64,000 nucleotides of DNA from Rhynchopus sp. YZ270_cl-10 (taxonomy: Eukaryota), in contig OZ037847.1 of NCBI GenBank assembly GCA_964035575.1, positions 930,001 through 994,000 on the forward strand. The letters run 5' to 3'. Under the pieces are notes generated by a model. It saw only the letters and a list, made by a program, of their open reading frames with translations. It was not told where the DNA came from and did no database searches. The translations under genes were made by a program, and so were the position numbers. Every line of letters begins with the position of its first letter. Position 1 is the stretch's first letter. Shown here one piece after another: positions 10,557-18,696 of the stretch.

Positions 10557-11452
10557 TTTGATAAGCGGATTCTATCTTGAGCAAATAGAAATTGTCTCAG
10601 CTGTGTTTCATCGTTGAGTATGTCAGGTTTGAGTGTGGGGAATGCTCGTTGTGCTATGCCCTTCATGCGTTCAAAGGATGGGTCTGTCGGTGGGAGGAGC
10701 TTAAGTCTTTTGTTGGTCTTCTGTGGTGTCGGGGTCTCGAGGGAGCTCTGCTCCTGAGTCGGCTCCTGAGTCTTCTGTTCATCATCCCTCTCCTGAGTCT
10801 TCTGTTCATCATCCCTCTCCTGAGTCTTCTGTTCATCATCCCTCTCCTGAGTCTTCTGTTCATCATCCCTCTCCTGAGTCTTCTGTTCATCATCCCTCTC
10901 CTGAGTCTTCTGTTCATCATCCCTCTCCTGAGTCTTCTGTTCATCATCCCTCTCCTGAGTCTTCTGTTCATCATCCCTCTCCTGAGTCTTCTGTTCATCA
11001 TCCCTCTCCTGAGTCTTCTGTTCATCATCCCTCTCCTGAGTCTTCTGTTCATCATCCCTCTCCTGAGTCTTCTGTTCATCATCCCTCTCCTGAGTCTTCT
11101 GTTCATCATCCCTCTCCTGAGTCTTCTGTTCATCATCCCTCTCCTGAGTCTTCTGTTCATCATCCCTCTCCTGAGTCTTCTGTTCATCATCCCTCTCCTG
11201 AGTCTTCTGTTCATCATCCCTCTCCTGAGTCTTCTGTTCATCATCCCTCTCCTGAGTCTTCTGTTCATCATCCCTCTCCTGAGTCTTCTGTTCATCATCC
11301 CTCTCCTGAGTCTTCTGTTCATCATCCCTCTCCTGAGTCTTCTGTTCATCATCCCTCTCCCTCTTCTTAGCTCTTGCCTCTGCTCTGGGGTTACTGTTCA
11401 GATCCTCTTCTTTCCAATTAGGACCACCAATCTTATTCATGAAGCTGTCCAT
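10553..11452 (-). CDS. Acidic repeat protein (ERDDEQKTQ)x22; possibly the C-terminal tail of the integrase ORF
   Basis: Open frame; stop overlaps the MCP start (ATGA); same frame as the integrase core; frame stays open ~100 nt upstream of the ATG. Confidence 0.6.
   Translation of the reverse strand: MDSFMNKIGGPNWKEEDLNSNPRAEARAKKRERDDEQKTQERDDEQKTQERDDEQKTQERDDEQKTQERDDEQKTQERDDEQKTQERDDEQKTQERDDEQKTQERDDEQKTQERDDEQKTQERDDEQKTQERDDEQKTQERDDEQKTQERDDEQKTQERDDEQKTQERDDEQKTQERDDEQKTQERDDEQKTQERDDEQKTQERDDEQKTQERDDEQKTQERDDEQKTQEPTQEQSSLETPTPQKTNKRLKLLPPTDPSFERMKGIAQRAFPTLKPDILNDETQLRQFLFAQDRIRLSK
10766..11359. repeat. Perfect 27-bp coding tandem repeat, 22 copies
   Basis: CTGAGTCTTCTGTTCATCATCCCTCTC repeated with no visible mismatch. 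Confidence 0.97.
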
Positions 11453-11475
11453 TTGTGACTCGTGTTCTGCTTCTT

Positions 11476-11769
11476 CTACAGCTGTGTCTTGTGTATTGTC
11501 TCCCTCTTGTTCTGGAGTAGATCTTGGAGCATCACCAAAGTTCTCCTCCTCCTCCTCCCCTCAGCTCGGGAGCTCTGCTCCTCCTCTTTCACTTTCAACA
11601 ACCTCTCAATCCTCACCTTCCTCCCATTACTCAGTCTTGCATTGACTTGAGCCACACTAACCACACTAAAGATCTCCCTAGAAAACTTTTGCTTTGTCCC
11701 CTTTGCATGTATATTCTTACTCAACAACACCCTCACTCTATCACCAGGTTTCACACTAGACTGTGACAC
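11476..11769 (-). CDS. Integrase C-terminal SH3-like segment, out of frame with the catalytic core
   Basis: VKPGDRVRVLLSKNIHAKGTKQKFSREIFSV matches the GDxVR...KG...WS.EIF segment that follows rve in Polinton integrases; no ATG start. Confidence 0.7.
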   Translation of the reverse strand: MSQSSVKPGDRVRVLLSKNIHAKGTKQKFSREIFSVVSVAQVNARLSNGRKVRIERLLKVKEEEQSSRAEGRRRRRTLVMLQDLLQNKRETIHKTQL

Positions 11770-12517
11770 ACTTTGCTTTATCCAGGTTCATGATGAGTAT
11801 GCTGACATCGTCGTTGGTGACAAGGTTCGGAGGCTTCTTGATGATGCTGTGGTATCTGTTGTTGTAGGCGTACGTTAGCTCCTGAAGGCTGTCTACCCAG
11901 TTTGCTGTCTTGTTGATCTCGAAGTGCTTTTGCAGGATCTCGCGCAGGGTTCTTGAGATGCGGTCGACAATCCCAAGGGCGTTATGGTCTCCAACCTCGT
12001 TCATCTGGTGTTCTATGCTGTGGGCGCTGAAGACTTCCTTCACCATCAGGTTGTTGAATTCTAACCCGTTGTCACTCATGATCGTTTGAGGAAGGTCCTT
12101 CTTATCTGTCTGTATCTGATGTAGTATTGCTGTCAAGGCTTCTTTGACACTACCCATTGTCTTGTTCTTCAGGGGTCTGGTGTACAACTTTCTACTAAAG
12201 ACATCAATCAAGTTCAGGATCCACGAGTAGCCTTTGTTCCTTGTCTTGAGCTTCTGGAAGTCGAGGAGGTCCATCTGCATGACGTGGTTGATCTCGAAGG
12301 CTGTGATGTGACCCGACAGCTTGCTTGGTTTCTTCCTGAACAGCTGATATGCCCTCTGCTTGTGTATGTAGTCCTCTATCTCGTCAAGGGTATACTTTTC
12401 CCCACCATCTTCGGCTGCGCCTGCAAACTGAAAGTCAAACAACCTCGCAGGATCAGTGATGTAGCCTGAGTCTCGCCATAATTTGTTCAAGTTTACTCTT
12501 ACTTCGTTTGAGCTCAT
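11756..12517 (-). CDS. Retroviral-like (rve, DDE-type) integrase catalytic core
   Basis: QMDLLDF, LNLIDVFSRK, IMSDNGLEF, IVDRISRTLRE, YNNRYHSIIKKPP; the third catalytic position reads D (VDR) rather than the usual E. Confidence 0.93.
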   Translation of the reverse strand: MSSNEVRVNLNKLWRDSGYITDPARLFDFQFAGAAEDGGEKYTLDEIEDYIHKQRAYQLFRKKPSKLSGHITAFEINHVMQMDLLDFQKLKTRNKGYSWILNLIDVFSRKLYTRPLKNKTMGSVKEALTAILHQIQTDKKDLPQTIMSDNGLEFNNLMVKEVFSAHSIEHQMNEVGDHNALGIVDRISRTLREILQKHFEINKTANWVDSLQELTYAYNNRYHSIIKKPPNLVTNDDVSILIMNLDKAKCVTV

Positions 12518-12537
12518 TTATTTCTTCTACACAAAAA

Positions 12538-12939
12538 ATGGTCACTACAAGCAGATATCAGAAGACTCCAGTGTACGTATCACCTGTCGACATGCAGAGG
12601 ATTGCAGATGCCTTAGGTGGGAAGAGCAAGACAGTGTCAGTTACGTTGCATGCAAGTGGTATCAAACGGTATCCATTGCCACTAACCCCAAAGCAGAAGG
12701 AGAAGGTCAAGGAGAAGGGGTCAACACGCATCACTTTAAGTCAACCACAGCTGCTGTTCATTGGAGGTGATAGGAAGGAGGGAGGGTTCTTTCAGTTCTT
12801 GGTACCGTTGTTGGCAGCAGGAGCAAGTGCACTCGCAGGCTCGCTTGGGACACAGCTTGGTAGCACAGCAGGGAAGTTCATTGATAGGAAGGTGAATGGA
12901 CGTGGTCTGGTAGCACCTGGTAGAAGGTTAAAAAAATAG
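12538..12939 (+). CDS. pX-like virion core/membrane-active protein
   Basis: KEGG-FFQFLVPLLAAGASAL resembles the adenoviral pX/Polinton GG-hydrophobic helix motif; several GG protease-type sites; AAAAAATG start. Confidence 0.65.
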   Translation: MVTTSRYQKTPVYVSPVDMQRIADALGGKSKTVSVTLHASGIKRYPLPLTPKQKEKVKEKGSTRITLSQPQLLFIGGDRKEGGFFQFLVPLLAAGASALAGSLGTQLGSTAGKFIDRKVNGRGLVAPGRRLKK

Positions 12940-13400
12940 GGGATGTAGCTGAGTCTTCGTTGACCCCTCTTCGAGATGATGAGATTATAGACTGGTGTAG
13001 ACATCAGGGCATAGAGCTGAAAGGTATGGTGATGAGGGATGAGATTACAGACAACATGGATGGGTTGTACTTGATAAACTTAGATGAGAGAGAGGGTAAA
13101 GGAACACATTGGGTAGGTTTCTTCAGCGCAGGACCCCAGACTTTCTACTTTGACCCCCTTGGTTTACCCCCTCCCCAAGAATTGACTGCACACTACAAAC
13201 CCCTCACATACAACACCAATCAAATACAGGATGTCTCTTCTACACTATGTGGCTACTTTGTGTGTTTGTTCTTCAAGTACATGCATAAGTATGAGGACAA
13301 ATATGAAGGCTTCTACGCTATGACACACGGGATCTTTGGCAGCGACACAAAAGAAAACGAACGCGTACTTCTTGAGGATGTGTACGATCTATCAAAATGA
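12924..13400 (+). CDS. Adenain/Ulp1-like maturation cysteine protease (no ATG at the expected start)
   Basis: NLD..GKGTHWV (His), YFDPLG (Asp), QIQDVSSTLCGYF (Gln/Cys); frame open from 12924, first ATG only at 13026. Confidence 0.9.
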   Translation, partial: KVKKIGDVAESSLTPLRDDEIIDWCRHQGIELKGMVMRDEITDNMDGLYLINLDEREGKGTHWVGFFSAGPQTFYFDPLGLPPPQELTAHYKPLTYNTNQIQDVSSTLCGYFVCLFFKYMHKYEDKYEGFYAMTHGIFGSDTKENERVLLEDVYDLSK

Positions 13401-14044
13401 TCTCATATTGTGTAAAGTGCAGGACAAAGACCGCAGATGTCGATGGAGTTCAACGGGCTGTTTGTATAACAAAGAACGGACGTCGAGGTGTGAAGAGCAA
13501 GTGTGCTGATTGCGGTACAAAGAAATTCAGGTTTGCCAAAGGAGCAACACAGGGTGGAGTTGAAGGTGGAGACATTGTGAAGGCACTCAACGACAAGTTC
13601 CCAGACACAGAGTTCCACTTCCCTGTCATGAACGAAAAAACAGGACAAGTCGAGAAGGCTAACTTCATGGGACCAAACACAAAGCTGGAAGAGAGAATCA
13701 AAGACCTTGAGAAGAATGCTGAACGTGCATGGAAGGGAGAGCAGATACCAAAGGAGGACATCATAACACCAGGCAAATCAAGGTTCGACGAGAGTGCGAT
13801 GATACACGACCTGATGTACAAACATGCCTCAAAGACAGGGAAGAGTGGGAAAGATGTGCGTAAGATGAAGCACAAAGCAGACCTACAACTCATCCGATCA
13901 AACATCTACCATGCACTAGACCCCAACAACAAGAGCTCAATAGACAGAGTGCAACATATAGCGAGTATCCCCACCTTCATCCTCAAGATTCTAGGGGAGA
14001 CAGCGTATGGCAAGATTACAGGGAATAGAATAGAGATAAACTAG
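13397..14044 (+). CDS. Zn-ribbon plus parvovirus-type phospholipase A2-like virion protein (PLA2X-like)
   Basis: YCVKC...KNGR...CADCG Zn ribbon; QGGVEGG linker; NFMGPNT loop, FDESAMIHDLMY (HDxxY), KADLQL. Confidence 0.8.
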   Translation: MISYCVKCRTKTADVDGVQRAVCITKNGRRGVKSKCADCGTKKFRFAKGATQGGVEGGDIVKALNDKFPDTEFHFPVMNEKTGQVEKANFMGPNTKLEERIKDLEKNAERAWKGEQIPKEDIITPGKSRFDESAMIHDLMYKHASKTGKSGKDVRKMKHKADLQLIRSNIYHALDPNNKSSIDRVQHIASIPTFILKILGETAYGKITGNRIEIN

Positions 14045-14075
14045 ACTCAGGAGCAGAGCTCCGAAGACTCAAATA

Positions 14076-14098
14076 ATACATATCGCAGAGATATGTAT
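14076..14098. terminator. Second copy (inverted) of the 23-bp viral hairpin between convergent genes
   Basis: ATACATATC-GCAGA-GATATGTAT lies between the stops at 14044 (+) and 14107 (-). Confidence 0.65.
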
Positions 14099-14106
14099 AG
14101 ACACAC

Positions 14107-14316
14107 CTATATTGTGACCAACCCATTCCCAAGCACAACATTATGCCTCTTAGAGATGTCAGCCAGTACATCAAGCACCTTCTTATTGTCTCTTTCTTCT
14201 TGCTTCTCTTGCTTCTCCTCCATATCTACCCCACTACCCTCCACCAAATCACTCCAGGTTCTCTTCCTCCCTGATACCCTTTCACTATCCTTCACTAGAT
14301 TTGACCAGGATGACAT
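14107..14316 (-). CDS. Small hypothetical viral protein (69 aa)
   Basis: AAAAAATG start like neighbouring viral genes; tight packing; repeated WSxLV; VEGSG and VLGNG protease-type sites. Confidence 0.55.
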   Translation of the reverse strand: MSSWSNLVKDSERVSGRKRTWSDLVEGSGVDMEEKQEKQEERDNKKVLDVLADISKRHNVVLGNGLVTI

Positions 14317-14320
14317 TTTT

Positions 14321-15065
14321 TTAGTACGAAGATTTTACTTTGCGAAGGATAACATGATAGTTGACGTTCTCCCCTTGGTTGTTGATGCGCTTCCCATTCT
14401 GGTCTGTGAGCCAGAACCTTATGCTGTTGATCTGTGTCTTGTTGGTGGGGACATAGTACGAGCTGCCAGGTTCTACCACGTTGTACAAACTACTAGGAGG
14501 GAGGGAGGGAGGGTGGGCTGACAACATACAAGATTTGCGACTTGGTGCCTGATGTGCCTGTGTTGTGGTAAGAGTACTTTGGGTTCACAAGATCACAGTG
14601 TACAACAACTGCTTGGATTCCGTTCGTAATGTCTGCGACGTGAGGCGCAGTGTTCACACCTGCACTTATGATGGTGTTCTCAGCAAAGCCTAAGATTCCA
14701 TGGAAGGAGCCTGTTCTGAAGTTCACTTGATAGTTAGCAGGTAGGGTGATCTTAATCTTCTGCAGGGCTAGGATGGGCTCGATTGTGATTTCCGATGGTA
14801 TGTGGTCGTTGATCTCAGAGATGCTGTAGTTCCCGTCACCGAACACTATTGTCTCCCATGAAGAACCGTTGTCACGACTCCACTCAAAGAAGTTGTTGCC
14901 TTGCTGCTGGCTGATGTTTGTCCATGAGTAGTACTGACTGCTTTTAATGAGACTTATCTCATAGCTGTCACCTTCGTCAAGGTATATGGGAGGGTTGTAG
15001 GCTACAGTGAAGTCAGTGGAGATTGGTTCTCCTTCAGAGGAGACAAAGAGTGAGAGTTGTTCCAT
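14321..15065 (-). pseudogene. Minor capsid (penton, single jelly-roll) gene, frameshifted at a (CCCT)n tract
   Basis: ORFs 14493-15065 and 14321-14527 join if one CCCT unit is removed; motifs DFTVAYNPPIYLD, YEISL, GILGF, VHCDLV, RFWLTDQNG are typical of Polinton minor capsids. Confidence 0.8.
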
Positions 15066-15068
15066 TTT

Positions 15069-15245
15069 TTATGAGTTGATTTCTTGTGTGAGGAGTTTGT
15101 GTTCCTCTAGGTCTATGTTGTTGTTGTTGTTCAGAAGCCAGTCAAGGATAGTGGATGCTTCTTGTTTGATTGCTTGACTTGTATTCCCTGCCTTCTTTCC
15201 TCCTATCAATATCGTCAGTCTCTTCATTGCACCCTCGGTGTCCAT
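15069..15245 (-). CDS. Small conserved Polinton-type protein (RL..L.....AGN motif)
   Basis: MKRLTILIGGKKAGNTSQAIKQEASTILDWL resembles a short helical motif recurrent in Polintons; ends 3 nt before the penton start. Confidence 0.6.
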   Translation of the reverse strand: MDTEGAMKRLTILIGGKKAGNTSQAIKQEASTILDWLLNNNNNIDLEEHKLLTQEINS

Positions 15246-15272
15246 TTGATACACACCATTGTTATTGCAAAA

Positions 15273-16013
15273 ATGATACGCAATTACGTTACGAGGAATG
15301 AGTCACCTGAGGATGATGAACATTCAAAGCTTCTTCCGTCGTGGCCATTCAGGATGTTGTCTGTCGGATCTTCTGGGTGTGGGAAGAGCACAGTGATGGG
15401 GAATATGCTGATGAACAAGGAGTTGAAGTTACCGTTTGACAGGGTTTTCGTTATCAGCACAACACTACACCAAAAGATCTACCAGGTTATGATGGAACAC
15501 TTTGCAGACATTGACGAGAAGATACGAAGTGAGCTGGAACGGGAGTTGAAGAAGAAGAAGGTAAGTGAGGAGAAGATCGACGAGACCTTAGAAGCCTTGA
15601 AGCCAACAGCAGAGTTCTTCGACAGTGCGGATGAGTTCGATGTGGAGGACCTTGACCCCAACCAGAAGAACCTTGTGTTGTTGGATGACATTGTGATGGA
15701 GAAGAAACAGAGAGACTTCATCGACCTGTATGTACGTGGACGTCATCGCAACATCTCACCAGTCTACTTGAGTCAGAGCTTCTATGACACCCCAAAGGCG
15801 ATACGACAGAATTGTAGCTGCTTCCTGCTGTTCAACCTCAACAAGAAGGAGAGGCGTATGATAGCGACTTCATGCAGCGACCTTGAGCCTGATGAGTTCA
15901 ACAGTATGTTTGAGGGTCTGCCCCGGTACAACTTCGTCATGATCGACAACCAGCCTGTTGTTCCTGAATTGAAGTATCGAAGGAACTTTGATGAGATTCT
16001 GTTTCCAGGATGA
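15273..16013 (+). CDS. A32/FtsK-HerA family DNA packaging ATPase
   Basis: Walker A GSSGCGKST, Walker B LVLLDD, RGRHRNIS arginine finger, LSQSF..PKAIRQNC; AAAAATG start at 15273. Confidence 0.95.
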   Translation: MIRNYVTRNESPEDDEHSKLLPSWPFRMLSVGSSGCGKSTVMGNMLMNKELKLPFDRVFVISTTLHQKIYQVMMEHFADIDEKIRSELERELKKKKVSEEKIDETLEALKPTAEFFDSADEFDVEDLDPNQKNLVLLDDIVMEKKQRDFIDLYVRGRHRNISPVYLSQSFYDTPKAIRQNCSCFLLFNLNKKERRMIATSCSDLEPDEFNSMFEGLPRYNFVMIDNQPVVPELKYRRNFDEILFPG

Positions 16014-16298
16014 TAAGAGAAACGATGTCCAACAAGACGAGAGACTCAGAAACGAAGGTTCCTCGAGGGAATTCAGCCCGAGATGTGAGTTCGAGTGGGA
16101 GTGTTGGGAGCAAGATAGTGACCGTGATGTGCTGTAGAAGCAAATGTGTAGGGAACCCTAATCTTGTTGTCAAAAGGTAGGTCGATGTGGACATTACTTC
16201 ATCACAAATAGAATAGAACACCCCATACCCCTCCCCTATGTTTGCCACCTCTCCATCACCACGCACCTATCTCATTACACCAACAGGAACACAACACA

Positions 16299-17790
16299 AT
16301 GACGAAATTCCACAAACTGTGGAAGGCACTCAGAATGTGCAGTACACAAGCATCTACCACACCTAATGCACCCAAAGTGAATCGAACTGAGGTGTTTGGT
16401 ATTGTTTTAGATACGAATGGCAAAGTGGTCTCTTTTCTTGTAGCGGTGGGTACAGCGTATGGGCTCTACACGCAAACTGTATGGCACCTCAACTGGACGC
16501 TGAAGAACATTGTCACAGCGAAGTACGACCCCGAAATGCCGAAAGGCATAACATACATCAAGAGAGAGCAAGATGATGAACTGAAGGTAAAGCTGCACGA
16601 ACACATCTGCGACGGTAATGGATTCTTCATGGTGACGGGTGAGAGCGGCTCAGGCAAAACCACAATGATGCAGAATCTGCTCAAAACGGATTATGAGGAC
16701 GGTGTGATCTTCGTGAAAATCAATGCAGCTCACCTGATGGACGTACCTAAAAACCAGCTACCGGGTGTATTTGAAGCGGCCGTGATGAACGAATTTGACG
16801 AGTGCAAGAACCACCCGCGGCGTAAGCTTTCCTTTGACAACTTCATCGGACACGCCAATGGTGTCAGGCTCAAGAACCAGAAGAAGTGGCGGACGTGGCT
16901 CATGCCGATGTGGTTCAAGATTAAGGAGCACCCGCTGATCATCTACATCACTCTGGACACGAAGGACAAATCGCTCAAGCACGAGACTATGCAAGCTATT
17001 GCCGTGGCTGTTAGTGGAATGGCAAGCAACCTTTCATCGAAGGCGAACAAGTGCAAGACCATTCTCGAGTTCTCCAAAACAGGAATCTCGGACCATGTCC
17101 TAGAGCTCCGCGGTGATTACGACGATTTTGCAGTGAAAGCAATGACAGAGACGGAATTCCAGGAGATTGGGAAGCAGGTGTTAAAGGTGAAGGATCCCCA
17201 GAATCTTGTTCCGCCGTATCTCGAGCACTATCACAACTGGTTGGGAGGACACACTAAGGGCTTGATGCAGCTTATGAAGTCTGCGAGACCCAGGAGTATG
17301 CACAGTATTTGTTGCCTTTTTGTACAATATGATTTTCAACCACACATCTCATCGCAGTTGAGTCTGCCACCCCCGAAACAAAGGATAAGGTTTTGGAGCA
17401 GCTGAAGAAGGGTATGTTGTTGTTGTTGGGGTGGGTAGTTTGTCAATTATGAGACCCACGTATTGCACAGAGATCGATGAGGAGTATTACCGTGCATGCG
17501 AAAAGTTGGATGAGGAACCAGAACTGAAGTTGCTCAAGGAAATGGCAGAGGCTGGAGCAAATGGATTAGGCCCGCGCGCTCTCCCAATTACCGTCCTTGC
17601 CAACCTCAGCGAACGCAACTCACACTCGACACTGATCCGCAAAGCGGGCAAAAACAGCGTGAGGATCCACCGCTACTCTCACGCGCTGTACCTGCTTGGT
17701 GTGAAGGAGCCAAATCCAAAGGACGTAAAATTGAAGGAGAAGATTGCAGAAGTGAAGGAGAAGTTCGGGATGAACGCTAAGTCTGCGTGA
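16299..17790 (+). CDS. Spliced P-loop NTPase with an N-terminal hydrophobic segment (exons 16299-17295, 17358-17411, 17471-17790)
   Basis: Walker A VTGESGSGKTT; GT-AG introns 17296-17357 (GTATGC..CGCAG) and 17412-17470 (GTATGT..CACAG) join two ORFs in frame. Confidence 0.7.
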
Positions 17791-18696
17791 TGATATGGGT
17801 GTGGGGTGAAGTACTTTTGTGGTTCTTTTTTTTTTTTGTTTATTTGTGTCTGGAGGAGGTGGGGAAGGGTATGAAAGAAAAAAGAAAAAACAGGGTGTTG
17901 TCAACTGTCCCAACAACACAGGCTCATCCGGGTGTGGGTAGGAATAGTGAATATGTTTTGTGATTATATTTTTTACTTTGATTTGTCTCTGGAGGGGATG
18001 GGAACAACGATGGGTCTTACTTGCACAATATGTGGGGAAAAAAAAAAACCGTCCTATGAGTTGAGTGTATGTCTCTGGTGCTTTGGGTCACAGCGAGGGG
18101 TTTTTGGTGTTGTTTTTATATTTTTCCTTTCCCAAACAAAACAAAAAAAAGCAAAAAAAAAAAAGCAAAAAAAAAAAAAAAAACAGACCGCCTGATGAGT
18201 ATTTTCTTAACTGTCTCTTTTTCACAACACACTCACCACACTCAGACAGGAGTACAACAAACTACACAATGGGAAGGACAACAAATTGTGGTTCAAAAGA
18301 ACCCGTGGTATAGGCCTACAGGGGAACGCCACGTAAAATAAAGACTAACGCGCCATGTGCACTACCTCTTGGGTGGTTGTGGAAACGTGCACTGCTTCCT
18401 GTATAATTTGTATAATTTGGAGATACAGAGTAAACTCACAGCTCCCTACACGGCCGTAAAGGTAAGGAGTATGCAGAATACACCTACAGGCGGAACCATA
18501 TCCATCATCACGTCATCAGGAATACAGTCACCGAAGTCCGAGTCACTGAAGAATCCACTGCTGAAACAGGTATGGCACACGTGCACACAGGTATGTAAAA
18601 GGCTACATAAAAAGTGAATAATGAATAAAATATTGGCGCAGTACATTTCTACCGGGTTTTAATTCCTGCGCCCATCTCTCGATTTCTCCTATTACT

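Larger units (their letters stand above)
4803..18696. mobile_element. Endogenous Polinton/Maverick (adintovirus-like) dsDNA virus; core 4827-16013, outer limits uncertain
   Basis: Gene-dense block encoding pPolB, MCP, rve integrase, adenain protease, PLA2, minor capsid and A32-like ATPase; lacks the long poly-A/T tracts of host intergenic DNA; no TIR pair or TSD found. Confidence 0.9.

Noticed and set aside
10766..11359. CRISPR-like array or alternative-frame ORFs in the 27-bp repeat
   Set aside because: No spacers; the other open frames are by-products of a stop-free repeat
18268..18620. Small multi-exon gene
   Set aside because: Several GT/AG-like sites but no convincing spliced frame or recognisable protein
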